A stretch of DNA of 64,000 bases, taken from positions 1 through 64,000 of the IMG/VR virus record IMGVR_UViG_3300044511_000090. One strand, written 5' to 3'. Both the position numbers and the translations under genes were made by a program. A model generated the notes under the pieces. It ran no database searches, had not been told where the DNA came from, and saw nothing but the letters and a program-made list of their open reading frames with translations. This document shows positions 26,101 through 37,414 of the stretch, piece after piece. The DNA comes from a virus. Position 1 is the first letter of the stretch, and the number at the start of each line of letters is the position of its first letter.

Positions 26101-28704
26101 CGGGCGATCCGACGATCAGGTTTGCGGCCATTGCTTGATGAATCGCATTCAACAATCGTGCGACCACAACGAAATGGTCGCAAACAACAGCCAAACTCAT
26201 GCGTGGCGCTGTGCCAAGTGTGGGTACGTCTACGGAGGCCAATAATGAGATTCCAACTGTATGGCGCAGCAATCATGTCGATGGACTTTGCCGACATTAT
26301 GAAGTTGGCAAGAGAAACGATGGACATGCACGCCAGAGTTGAAGATTGCAATGGCGTGTATGTCGAAGTAGCGAGGTGGAAGCACCTACGAGAAGACTAC
26401 GACGGCAAGCAAGGAGTATGGATGCGGTTTGCCTACCTTCATGTCGAAGGCGGCGAGCATCTTTCACGCGAAATTCAAGAGTTATCGACGCCGGACATGG
26501 TTTCTGCGTATGAAACCGCCGAGCATATTGCCGGTATGATCAACGCGGCGTCTAAGAACAGGTATACCAGGATCATTCACGGTATGCCAAACTGGAAGGA
26601 TTGATCATGCTGACACTGAAGTATTACGGAATGGAAGGGACCGGGCGCAACGTGACCGAGGCCAAGAAGAATGCTGGCCACAAGATCGAGAAGGCGTTGT
26701 CCGGCGACTACACCCCTTTAATCCTCGTTTGGCGCGACCATGCTTACCTAGTCTACCGCGATCCAGAATCTGGCTGGCGGTCGAGACTCATCGCCGATGA
26801 TGAAAGCGGTATCTGCGCCGGACCCGTTTGGGGAACAATTTCGCCTGACGGAGACGACAAAAACAAGATTGTTGCGGATTGCAAGTTGCATCTGGCTCAA
26901 CTCGGCTGGGAGGAAAATGATGGGAAAGAGCCGCCGACGATACTGCCAAATAGCCACCACGGGGATTTCATCGAATGGGCCGAGTTCCAGTTGCGATACA
27001 AAGAAGCACGCAGACGCGGCATGAGCGACAACGATGCCCACAGCTACGCACTCAGGAATCCACAACGGCCTGAATTGTGGAAAGAGGAGGAAAAAGTATG
27101 ATTTCTGACACTCTATCCGATGCGTGCCACGGCATCATCGGCTACGTTCGCCATAGCGCAACTAAACTTTGCTATGAAGGCATCGAACGAGAGGTTCGCG
27201 GCCTTGTGACAATCATGGACCACGCCAGAGCGTGCCTGGATTCACCAATGCCGCCAAGAAGATCGTTTCTTTCGGCGGACCTTCTACGGAAAGTTGCCGA
27301 AGCATTGGACAATCCAGAACTGCCGATGCCGACCGTTGACTATTGGGAATAGGCGCGACGTGCGCCTATTATTCTTCTCTTAATGGAGCAAGCAATGACA
27401 AAAGTATCTCTGTTCAAAGGCAATCCAACCATCACGCTGAACCCAGACGACAAGTGGCCGTTCAGTTTCGGCTTGCAGAAGGCCAGACTGGTTCTGGCCA
27501 ACATCGAAGCAATCAAGAAGTTCGTGGCCGATTTTGAAAGCAAGAAACAATTTCCAGGAGAGCAAAATGATTCAGTGGAACAAAACAACGGAAGCTGAGT
27601 ACAGCCGCTCGCTTGGAGTGTTGCCGCCAGCTTCATACGGCGCAAATGGATCATTCCAAGTTGGCGAACCGTTCAGCCATCGCAACGGAGAGCCAACATT
27701 TGCCAGCTTCAAAGTGATGTTCGGCGAATACTACCAGTCGGATGAGCCGCTTACCTTCGATGAGTTCCGCGAAGAAGTCGGCGATGCCGAGTATTACTAC
27801 GAGGGCTGACGTGACATTCGCTCACCAAAAAGGCGACAAATACTTGATCACCGGCTACTACTACAACACCGGGATCAAGTTTCGGCTAGTGCGGTTCAAC
27901 CCATATGCCGCACTCTCAATCAACCTGTGGCGAGGCAAGGTGTGGCATGTTCGCGGCAAGAAGCGAACCCTTGTCAAAGAGGTTTATAACTAAGGAGCAT
28001 CAATGATCGCTGTCGAGATTCCAAAACTTCAAAGTTTCGCAACTCTTGCCGAAACAATGGCAAGAGCCGAAGAGTTGATTGTCGAACTGTCAAAGAAAGG
28101 AGAAGAAGTCGTGGCTTCGGCAATTTACGAAGACTTTTTGACAAAGCCGAAGTCAAGAATGATCAAAGTGCTTGGCGTGTCTTCCCAGGCATCGAGGGAA
28201 GCTAACTCGGTCGCTCCAGGCGGGAAATGGTGTCTTCACCATGAAATGGTCGGCGGTGGCAGACATCGATTCATGGCGTGGTACTCCAGATACCTTATCT
28301 ACGCTTGGGCAATGTTCCAATGCGAAGACGGTTTTGTGGCGATAGGGGTAGATTTTGAATCGATCAACGCTTACTACCGAACATGCCAAGGCTTCAACTA
28401 CCTTGGACAAGGCGACATAGAAGGACTGTTTTCGGAGGAGTCTGACCTTCAACTGTATGAGGAAATTTACGACGCATCGATGAAGATCAGGCCGCCAAGT
28501 CTGCCATTTGACGAAGCGTACCAACCGGCATTCTGCTTTGTGGCATATCAGAGGCCGGACCTGTTCCACGAGGCAATCATGAAGTGCCGTGGAACGAAGG
28601 AAGGATACTTGGCTGATTGGCGAGTCAAGCATCTGTCCAAGGTTTCGGAAATGATCGGGCGTCCGGTCCCAGGTTTCGTAACAATCAGAACACAAGGAGC
28701 ATGA
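23146..28704 (+). other. Run of about 16 tightly packed small hypothetical early genes
   Basis: Consecutive SD-led or overlapping plus-strand ORFs (e.g. 23146-23652, 23619-24020, 24022-24354, 25157-25702, 26601-27101, 28003-28704). Confidence 0.7.
27348..27370. repeat. AATAGGCGC-N5-GCGCCTATT palindrome (copy 1)
   Basis: Contains the TAG stop of the upstream gene. Confidence 0.85.
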
Positions 28705-28706
28705 CA

Positions 28707-30248
28707 ATGTCGTTGATGATCGAAAAATTCAAGGCAGCACGGAAAGCCTCTGTGCCGCTTATCGCAATCACCACGCCGGACTATCCGGCAACAGTCAAGG
28801 CAGTGTCAGAGGCGATGAAAGAATATCCACTGATTCAGCATGACCTGATTCGTGGGTACACAGCAGTCAATGAGGCTGGCCAAATGGCAATGGATGACCT
28901 TGGGCTGGACAAGCCAATTGATGAAAATGAACCAGAAATCACAAACACAATCTCCAAAACTGGGAACCCGGCTGAGGCATTGTCGTTTGCGTTGCAATTG
29001 CCGGGAGACTCTATTTTGTTCTTCCACAATGCACAGAGATACATCGGCAACGAAGCCGTGTGCCAAGCCATAATGAACCTGAGAAACCCATTCACAAATC
29101 CTCGCAGAACTCTGGTCATGCTGGCGACATCCATTGAACTGCCGCCAGAACTAATGCAAGATGTTCTGGTGCTTGATGAGCCGCTGCCGGACTCAAAACA
29201 ACTGGCAGAGGTTACAAAAACCTGCTACACATCATTCAACAAGGAGCTTGCGAGCAAAGGGATGCCGACCCTCAAAATACCAGAGGGCCGAGACATGGAA
29301 GCAATCACAGACGCTCTGACAAGTCTGGCGGCGTTCCCGTGCGAGCAAGTCGTGTCAATGAGTCTGTCAAAAGATGGCATCGACACAAAATCCCTATGGG
29401 AGAGAAAATACAAGACAATCGAGCAGACTGATGGCTTGTTTGTCTACAGGGGGAATGAGACATTCGACGACATCGGCGGCGCTGAACAGATCAAGAAGCG
29501 TCTCACTCGGATTATGACCGGCAAGAAGCGATGGAGGTGCGTTGCTTGGGTTGACGAAATCGAGAAGTCGATTGCTGGTGCGACTGGTCCTGTAGGAGAT
29601 AGCTCAGGAACTTCACAGTACGCACTTGGCAAAACTCTGACCGAGATGCAGGAGAATATGTGGGATGGGTTTTTCGGAGTTGGCCCAGGCGGAAGCGGCA
29701 AGAGCCTAATTGCCAAGGCTATCGGCAACACATTCGGCATCCCAACTTTCATTATTGACTACGGCGCTATGCAGGCATCGCTTGTTGGCCAAAGCCAGCA
29801 GCGAGTTTCTGCCGTAATGAAAATACTCAAGGCTGTCGGCGGGGACGGTGTGTTTTGGGTTGCGACGTGCAACAAGATCAAGGCCATTCCGCCAGAACTG
29901 AAGCGGCGATTCACGAAGGGCATCTACTACTTTGACCTTGCATCCGAAGAAGAGAAGAAAATGTTGTGGTCGATGTACTTGAAGAAGTACAACCTCGAAG
30001 AACAGAAGATGCCATGCGACGACGGGTGGACCGGGGCCAATATCGCCGCCTGTTGCCGCAACTCGTGTGAAGAAGGTGTCAGTATCTTGGAAGCCGCCGA
30101 GTCCATCGTGCCAATCACCAAGAGCGACCCTGAAGGACTCACAGAGCTTCGGACGATGGCAAATGGCAGATTCCTGAGCACAACGCATCCTGGAGCGTAT
30201 GTGATTCCGAAAGTGGAGAAGAGGTCTTCCAGAAAAATGGAGGTTTAA
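28707..30248 (+). CDS. Ycf46-like AAA+ ATPase with swapped Walker segments
   Basis: LPPEL, DIGG, VAWVDEIEK (29541) upstream of GPGGSGKS (29682), VATCN, PPELKRRF, GWTGANI. Confidence 0.85.
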   Translation: MSLMIEKFKAARKASVPLIAITTPDYPATVKAVSEAMKEYPLIQHDLIRGYTAVNEAGQMAMDDLGLDKPIDENEPEITNTISKTGNPAEALSFALQLPGDSILFFHNAQRYIGNEAVCQAIMNLRNPFTNPRRTLVMLATSIELPPELMQDVLVLDEPLPDSKQLAEVTKTCYTSFNKELASKGMPTLKIPEGRDMEAITDALTSLAAFPCEQVVSMSLSKDGIDTKSLWERKYKTIEQTDGLFVYRGNETFDDIGGAEQIKKRLTRIMTGKKRWRCVAWVDEIEKSIAGATGPVGDSSGTSQYALGKTLTEMQENMWDGFFGVGPGGSGKSLIAKAIGNTFGIPTFIIDYGAMQASLVGQSQQRVSAVMKILKAVGGDGVFWVATCNKIKAIPPELKRRFTKGIYYFDLASEEEKKMLWSMYLKKYNLEEQKMPCDDGWTGANIAACCRNSCEEGVSILEAAESIVPITKSDPEGLTELRTMANGRFLSTTHPGAYVIPKVEKRSSRKMEV

Positions 30249-30250
30249 CA

Positions 30251-30565
30251 ATGCCTTGCGATACGATTCAACTGAACAAGGTTTCCATCAAGGCCGCAAA
30301 TCGCGGTCTACTTGGGAAAGCGATTGAGGCGCTTGGCTACAATGCCAAGATGCTGAACGACGGCACTATTGTCTTCACTCACAAGGGGAGGCAAGTCAAA
30401 GTCACCGATTCGGGAGTCATTGTACCTGTTGGCGAAGAGGCATTGGCCGACAAAATCAAGACTGCGTATTCGGCAGAAGTGCTGAAGGTTGCAACTCAGA
30501 AATTCAGTTGGGGAATGCTGAAAGGCAAGAAAGCCAACACCTATACACTTGTAAGGAGATTCTAA
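30251..30565 (+). CDS. DUF1257/Ycf35-like protein
   Basis: LL.KAIEALGY...IKTAYS..V......F.W; position after AAA. Confidence 0.55.
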   Translation: MPCDTIQLNKVSIKAANRGLLGKAIEALGYNAKMLNDGTIVFTHKGRQVKVTDSGVIVPVGEEALADKIKTAYSAEVLKVATQKFSWGMLKGKKANTYTLVRRF

Positions 30566-30777
30566 TGTTTGGCAAAGCTGACAAAATTGAAGTCGAAATT
30601 CTTGCCGATGGTACAATCAAGATCACAACCGATCCAATCTCGCCAGCAAACCACCGAAGCGCTGACGAGTTGCTTGAATTTATTTCAAATCTGACTGGTG
30701 GAGAAATGACGAGAACGAGACGGCCAGACAAGAAGGGGCATCTGCACAAGCACGGCAATCATTGGCATTCGCACTGA
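30565..30777 (+). CDS. DUF2997-like small protein with His-rich tail
   Basis: IEVEILADGTIKITT...; TAATG coupling. Confidence 0.55.
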   Translation: MFGKADKIEVEILADGTIKITTDPISPANHRSADELLEFISNLTGGEMTRTRRPDKKGHLHKHGNHWHSH

Positions 30778-30822
30778 TATGGTGTCAGTGCGGTTTCTTG
30801 TTTCTTTCCGGGGAGTATCGAA

Positions 30823-31722
30823 ATGCAGTACCAGACTCTGTTGAACGTATTCATTGTTTTCTTGGAATCGGCAAAGTCTGAAGACAAGCCGACCGTCGAG
30901 GGGGTGAAAAAGTCTTTGAGAGAAAACGGATTCAAAGACGAACACGCAGAACCAATTCCACGCGGCACAGCGTTTGGCCGGGTCGTCCAGTCAATGGCTG
31001 GCAAGGACGATGATGGCAATGTCATCAAGGCGTCCAGTTTGAAGGCCAAGGAAGAAGGCATTGTCCGATGGCAATTGAATCTTCTATCGGCAGAAGAGAA
31101 CGAGAAGATTCGCGCGACGTGGACTGCTGGCTGGTTCATGCGAGACGATGAGACCATTCAGGCAATCGATGGATCGCCAGACATCAACGCCGCTGTCTCA
31201 CGCGCAGAGATGGAGTATGAGCCCGGCGACATCACCAGCATATTTCGTTCAGTTCTCAAGGACGAAGGCGATGGGTCGTATCCGATGCGTGACGCAGTTT
31301 GGTGTGTCCCAACTCGCGGGAGCAATCTTCTTGAGAGGCTTGGCAAGGTGGTCGGCAATGCCGGTAGGACTCTTATGGTTTGCCCGATCTTCGACACCGG
31401 CGATGGCAAAGAAAAGTTCGCTGTCCTCAAGGCAATCTCAACCGGCATCGACCAAGAGATTGAGGCCCACAAGAATGCTATTGAGTCCTACGTTGCTTCG
31501 ACAAAGCCGGGCATCATCGAGAACCGCAAAGACGCAATCAAAAACACCAGGAATCTTATCGGCAACCTGACAGAGCACATCGGCGAATCGAAAGTCAAAG
31601 AGTTCAACACTGTTCTTGATGGCCTCGATAGCATGTGCAACACGGCAATCAGCGTGGCGGAATCGGCACGTAAGGCCGGTCTTGCTGGAGCAGGCCGAGG
31701 ACGGCAAATCAAGATCGACTGA
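30823..31722 (+). CDS. Hypothetical protein, possibly DUF3150/DUF6744-like
   Basis: Long ORF following the AAA module; YPMRDAVWCVP. Confidence 0.55.
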   Translation: MQYQTLLNVFIVFLESAKSEDKPTVEGVKKSLRENGFKDEHAEPIPRGTAFGRVVQSMAGKDDDGNVIKASSLKAKEEGIVRWQLNLLSAEENEKIRATWTAGWFMRDDETIQAIDGSPDINAAVSRAEMEYEPGDITSIFRSVLKDEGDGSYPMRDAVWCVPTRGSNLLERLGKVVGNAGRTLMVCPIFDTGDGKEKFAVLKAISTGIDQEIEAHKNAIESYVASTKPGIIENRKDAIKNTRNLIGNLTEHIGESKVKEFNTVLDGLDSMCNTAISVAESARKAGLAGAGRGRQIKID

Positions 31723-34469
31723 AATGTGGCGTTGCAACAAATTGTGCCGATCACAACAGGAGAACAGAAATGAAAACAATCAAGTCACAATCACGGAGTA
31801 TAAGCGATGATTGAAGTCACACTCAATTCGTGCTGGACCATCGTGTTCTTGAACAAGAGCCACAATAAACCCACGCCAACGGTGTGGGTCTGTACGAACC
31901 ATGATGCTTGGACCCGTGGCATTCAGATGCTGGAGAAGATGAAGCACATTGAAATCATTCAGCAAGGGGCATCACACGTCAAATCGTGAGCAGGGGAGAA
32001 CTGACATGAGCGAACACACTGCCAGTTTTGACGCGCTAATCGGCCACTGGAACGGCGCATGTTACGAGACAAGCGAACGCACCAGAGACGAACTAGAAGC
32101 CGAAGTAATCAAGAATCAGAAAGGGTAGGTCATGAAGATAGTTATTAAGCCAGAACTATTGGCGCAAAGCAAACTCCGTAAATGCACGCTTTCGGAGTGG
32201 ATGCAAAGCCAACTTGGGGAAATCGCCGCCCTGAATGGCGACGCGCTGCTTTATTACTACGAGGATGCTTTGTGGGACATAATCGGCTGGTCCCGTGACC
32301 TGTCAGCCGTCATTGTTGAACTCGGCTTGGGGGAAACCAAGACATTCCCAATACAACCCGGCGAGACATTATACTACAGGTGAATGAGAGCCCCATGAAA
32401 CGGACGTGGATTGTTATTGTTGAGCAAGGGTTTGGTCACGAGTTGCACAACAGTATCAGCGACTCGGAATGGTATGGCCCATTTACCGAGACTCAGGCAA
32501 AAAATCTTTCCAAAAAGCTGAACAAAATCTTGGCCGATCCAAATGACCGAGAACACCCAGTTGCTCAAGCAATGCCGCTCAAGGGCAGGCTAATCAGGAG
32601 CATCATAAAGGAATACTACAAGGAGATATAAATCGATTACTGAGATACAATCGCTTCTGGTTCTGGAACAAATTTTGGAGCAACCATGCCATATGCAACC
32701 GAAGCTCGTGAATGCCGGACTCCAAGCAACGGCGCTGTTTGCAGAAAATGCAAACAGGTTTTCCATCAAATGATGTTCATTCATTTCAGGAGGTCAACAG
32801 ACGATGCACAATGGGTCTGCACCGGATGGGAATGCTTTGACTGCGAGAGGAAGACTGACAATCAGGGAACTGCTGGCATCCGAAACGCTCGTGGAGGCGT
32901 CGAGAAAAGCCGCAAGAATGGCAGCAGATGCAGCCAACTGGTGGGAAGTGTCCGATATGCTCGGTCACATGGACGCCATCGAACTGATTCCGAACAGGAC
33001 ACAATTCGACGACGCGCCGAGCCTAGTTTCAAAGAAACGGATTGCAGACTTGCTGATAATCAGATGGAAGGGGCGACAGGATCGGCGAGCTATGGATGCT
33101 GCCAGAGAATCGGCACGCGAAGGATACATGGCACACATGAGAAAATGCGGAATGTCTGCCAGCAAAGCGCAGTTGCGGCAAATTGACTTGTACCTGCAAA
33201 GTAAGTTTGAGATTCCGGCAATCTAGTGGCAGTGATTCGATTTTTCACAGTGGAGAACTGACATGAACGAGAGCTTAGATGCAAAAGTCAAGGCGATAAA
33301 CGACGCCCACCAATATGCGATGGAACTGTACGACAAACTGTTTCCGATCTTTTCCAGGCAGCTAGGCAACAAGATTATCAAAGCCGATGGATCGCTATTG
33401 GCAAAGGTTGAGAAGCTACTGCCAGAACTTCCGTTTTCAAAAACTCTCGAAGTCTACTACGTCAAAAGATACCATTTGGTTCAATGGGGAATCAAGACAT
33501 CCGAGGCGGTCAAAGGTAACTACTGGGAAACAGTCGATTACTCAACCAATTGTACTGTCGGAGAACTAAAGGGGAACGTCTTGACGAAGATTCGCATCCG
33601 TCCCCAACTCCGCTCAGACTACACAACTGCGGAAGTTCTGGCGAACCGCAAGGCATACGAAGAATCTGTGGAAGCCACAGAAAAGGCGAAGGATAAGCTG
33701 TGGCCATTCGGCGAGTATGACCACTAAGCGACGGCTGACCAGCACGTTGCCGAGCGTCCTGTCTGGAACTGATTACAGGAGACAATCTGTGAAGATTCGC
33801 AACGAACTGGTAGAAGTCTACATTCGCCGCGCTCGAATCCAATTCGAGGATTGCGACCACGAACACAGTACCGGGAAAGAAGTGCGAGAGCACGCAAACG
33901 CATGGGCGGCGGAATGCACGAAGATTCTGGCAGGCAAAGGATTCGTTTGCGATGTGGAAGCAGATTATAGCAAGGACTGTGACAAGTTTTTCATCTGCGT
34001 CTCCGTAGGTGATCTGGAAATCTTCTGCAACTGGCGCGGGTCGCTGAAGCAGCTGACACCGGCACAATCGCGGTTCATCACGACGATCCTGGAATCGATC
34101 AACGAGGCTGATGATGCGGGCCGCGAAACTGCGCGGGCGTGCTGCTACTAAGGACTATTCGGAATGCATAGGAGCAACGAAACATGAAAAGGCTATATGT
34201 TGGATTGTTCGATGACGGCAAGCGAGAAGTGTTCCGATCAACCGCCACGCCTACGGCTGAATCGCATGGTGAGAAGTATGTTGCCGTGATCGGACCATTC
34301 CGCACGGTTCGAGGCGCTAACTTCATGCGCGATCATGGGCAAGGGAATCCGCACTGCCAATGCGTGTCCGATGCCGAACGACTCGCCATTGTTCGATAAA
34401 CTGATCGTCTTTCGCTCCTGGCATTGTGCCGGGAGCTTGTTCTGGAGCGGATTACTAAGGGGAAATGAA

Positions 34470-35453
34470 ATGAGCACGAAGTCACCAGCAAACAAGCTCC
34501 GAAAAATCGCATCGGGGATGCCTGAAAAGGTCGCGCACCTTCTCAGGCCGATGACACAAAACTCAACGCCAAAGCGACAAAGAGAGTACGCCAGCAGGTG
34601 CATCGACGGCAACAACATGGAAAGGTGCAGGCTGGCAATGCTGGCGCTCGCGGACGCATGGGACAAGGGGACATTGCCGCCGATATTGACAGATGTGAAG
34701 ACCAAAGACCAGATTTATACTCTCGTCAGGCACGGCACGAATTCAGCAGGCCATTACAACATCTACTCGACGAACGAATTCGTTGACAAGTCGGAGGCGG
34801 GCAAAGCGCTCCAAGAATTGTTCACATCGTTCATGGGAGAGGCGGATAAAAAGCGGCAAGAGGAATCCAAGAAACAACAGGAACTCGACCGCCTTCTCGA
34901 CCGTGTTCGGTACGCACAAATACCAGGATTCTTCCCAACGCCAGCAGGACTTGCCGACAAGTTGATTAAGGCGGCTAAGATCGAGGCAGGAAACACGATC
35001 CTTGAACCGTCTGCTGGAATCGGATCGCTTCTGGATGCGTTGCAGCGATTCCCGCTGGATTACATGGGCGGCTTGACAATCGTGGAAGTCAACCGGACTC
35101 TTGCCGACATTCTCCAGGCCAAAGGGTACACGGTAAACTGTGTCGATTTCCTTGAATTCACAGGCCAGACGTTCGACCGGATCATTATGAATCCGCCTTT
35201 TGAGAACATGCAGGATGTGGATCATGTTCGGCACGCCTACGAGTTGCTGAATGATGGAGGCGTACTGGTGGCCATAACCTCGATGTCGTGGACATTCAGG
35301 AGCGACAACAAGGCGCAGCAATTCAGGGAGTTCCTGTCGTTCGTTGGCGCTGAAGTTGAGAACATTCCGGCAGGGGCATTCAGCGGCGCAGCGGCGTTCA
35401 GGTCTACTGGAGTTGTGAGCAACATGGTCACTATTAGGAAAGGTACAACATAA
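34470..35453 (+). CDS. Adenine DNA methyltransferase-like protein
   Basis: GFFPTP, ILEPSAGIG, IIMNPPF. Confidence 0.85.
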   Translation: MSTKSPANKLRKIASGMPEKVAHLLRPMTQNSTPKRQREYASRCIDGNNMERCRLAMLALADAWDKGTLPPILTDVKTKDQIYTLVRHGTNSAGHYNIYSTNEFVDKSEAGKALQELFTSFMGEADKKRQEESKKQQELDRLLDRVRYAQIPGFFPTPAGLADKLIKAAKIEAGNTILEPSAGIGSLLDALQRFPLDYMGGLTIVEVNRTLADILQAKGYTVNCVDFLEFTGQTFDRIIMNPPFENMQDVDHVRHAYELLNDGGVLVAITSMSWTFRSDNKAQQFREFLSFVGAEVENIPAGAFSGAAAFRSTGVVSNMVTIRKGTT

Positions 35454-35708
35454 TGAACGGAATCTGCATCTGTCATGGTTGTGGCAAAAACATCACTGAA
35501 AATTTGAAGAACCACAAGTGCGACGACAAACGGCTTCGCCAGATAGCTGGAAGCCAAAAGGCTCATGAAGAGACAGGGATCGAGAGAACGCCTTCTGAAT
35601 ACGAACGTATCAAGGAAGGGTTCGAGATGATGTCAGATGAGTATGGTTTTGAAAGACGATAGCCGAAAGGCACAGCGCCAGACTGATTTCTGGCATTGGA
35701 GAACGATA

Positions 35709-36371
35709 ATGCACTTATTACCAACGAACCTTGGCCCTCTTGCGGACATTACTGCCGACAATACAAGATACGCATTGTCTGGCGTCAAAATCACTCTGAA
35801 GGATGATACATATGAGGCGTGCGCAACCGACGCGAAAATCTTGGCCATAATTGAAGGCGGCTGTGAAAACGAAAAGGATTACCCATCGATTCCGGCATTC
35901 GACAACGCGCCGAATGGGAAGTCTGAATGCCTTGTACCAGCAGAACTTTGGCGCTCGGCATTTGCCGAGGCCAAGAAAATCACGAAGAAAAGATTCTTGC
36001 CACCGATTCTCAAGCATACTGCCATCAAGATCGGCGATAACGAAGTCACGCTCGCTTCAACGAATCTCGAAGAGTCTCCAGTGAAATTCGGGAAGCAACT
36101 GGAAGGCAGATTCCCGTCAGTTAATGAGGTATTACCCAAAAAAGAACTGAAGCCGTTGGTGTCGTTCCAGGTCGATGTCGATCTGATGATCAACTTGCTG
36201 AAAACAGCAAAAATCGTTGGCGAATCCGTAACAATATCGGTGTTCGACCCAAAAGAATACAAGCTAGTCTCATTGAACTCGAAAGGCGAAAACCAAGTGT
36301 TCAAAGGGGTCATCTTCCCGCTCAATGTCACGTTGCCAAAACCAGAAGAAGAGTGTATTACAACAGAATAA
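35709..36371 (+). CDS. DNA polymerase III beta-clamp-like protein
   Basis: TRYALSGV...ATDAKIL...EGRFPSVNEVLP. Confidence 0.7.
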   Translation: MHLLPTNLGPLADITADNTRYALSGVKITLKDDTYEACATDAKILAIIEGGCENEKDYPSIPAFDNAPNGKSECLVPAELWRSAFAEAKKITKKRFLPPILKHTAIKIGDNEVTLASTNLEESPVKFGKQLEGRFPSVNEVLPKKELKPLVSFQVDVDLMINLLKTAKIVGESVTISVFDPKEYKLVSLNSKGENQVFKGVIFPLNVTLPKPEEECITTE

Positions 36372-36594
36372 CACTTCTTCAAGGAGAATGCCGTGGAAGA
36401 ACTTCTGAAACAGGTAATGACGCTTGTATCTTCTGGTCGGCAAGAATCGCAGACGATATATGTCCACCAGCCTGATATGGAACCGCAAACAGAATCTAAC
36501 AGGGTCTGGTTTGCGGCTGGAGCAATTGCAGCCGGTGCAATCTGCGTTGGACTGTTCGGCTTGGCCCTGTGCGCCTTTACTGAGAAGGAATAAC

Positions 36595-37188
36595 ATGCGT
36601 CTTGAACTACTTGAATCTCGTGAAACTCCGTCGTTCGTGATGACTCATGAAGGCGGCGATTCGTATGGCCGAATCACCATCCAAGGAGATGCGGCCAATG
36701 ATCGAATCATTCTTTCTGACTACGGGAATGGCCGATTCGTGCTCAATGGGGTGCGACACGATTATGGCACTCCACTGGAATTCCACATTTTCGGCGGGCG
36801 CGGGAACGACTACATCCGCGTCTCTTCTCGTGCGTCCTGCATGATCCACGGCAATGAGGGGAACGACACTATCTATGCCGGGTCTGGAGACGACATTATT
36901 CAAGGCGGAAGTGGCCGAGACTTTCTCTACGGCGGATATGGCAACGACTATATCCAAGGAGGAGACGACAACGATTATCTGAACGGCGGGGCTGGAGATG
37001 ACTATCTCAGCGGCGGTCGCGGTTCTGATGTGCTCTACGGCGGACACGGGAACGACACATTTGCCATTTGGGTTGGCCAAGAAGGACCGGCAGACAAGTT
37101 CTACGCCTCACTTGGCGACTCTTGGCTGTGGTTCCGAAAAGACGGATCATCGACTTCGCCGTTCCACCTGATGACGGCGTTTGAATAA
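36595..37188 (+). CDS. RTX/hemolysin-type Ca-binding repeat protein with planctomycete-type N-terminal motif
   Basis: MRLELLESRETPS; about 8 GGxGxDx(I/L) nonapeptides. Confidence 0.8.
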   Translation: MRLELLESRETPSFVMTHEGGDSYGRITIQGDAANDRIILSDYGNGRFVLNGVRHDYGTPLEFHIFGGRGNDYIRVSSRASCMIHGNEGNDTIYAGSGDDIIQGGSGRDFLYGGYGNDYIQGGDDNDYLNGGAGDDYLSGGRGSDVLYGGHGNDTFAIWVGQEGPADKFYASLGDSWLWFRKDGSSTSPFHLMTAFE

Positions 37189-37209
37189 TAGGCGCGGCGC
37201 GCGCCTATT
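37187..37209. repeat. AATAGGCGC-N5-GCGCCTATT palindrome (copy 2)
   Basis: Overlaps the TAA stop of the RTX gene. Confidence 0.85.
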
Positions 37210-37414
37210 TTCCTTACTGGGGAATGAGCCATGTTCTTCGTGATAGTCAGTTTTCACAACGACAATTCAGAAACCATCTGGAACAAACTGGCCAAGAAAC
37301 TTGGCCGCGATCCAACGAGCGACGAATGCAAGGCTGAGGTGTTTCGCATTCTCGATGAGGCTAAGGCAGAAAGGATTGAAAATGAGAACCGACCAGTCTC
37401 AAAGGAGCAATAAA

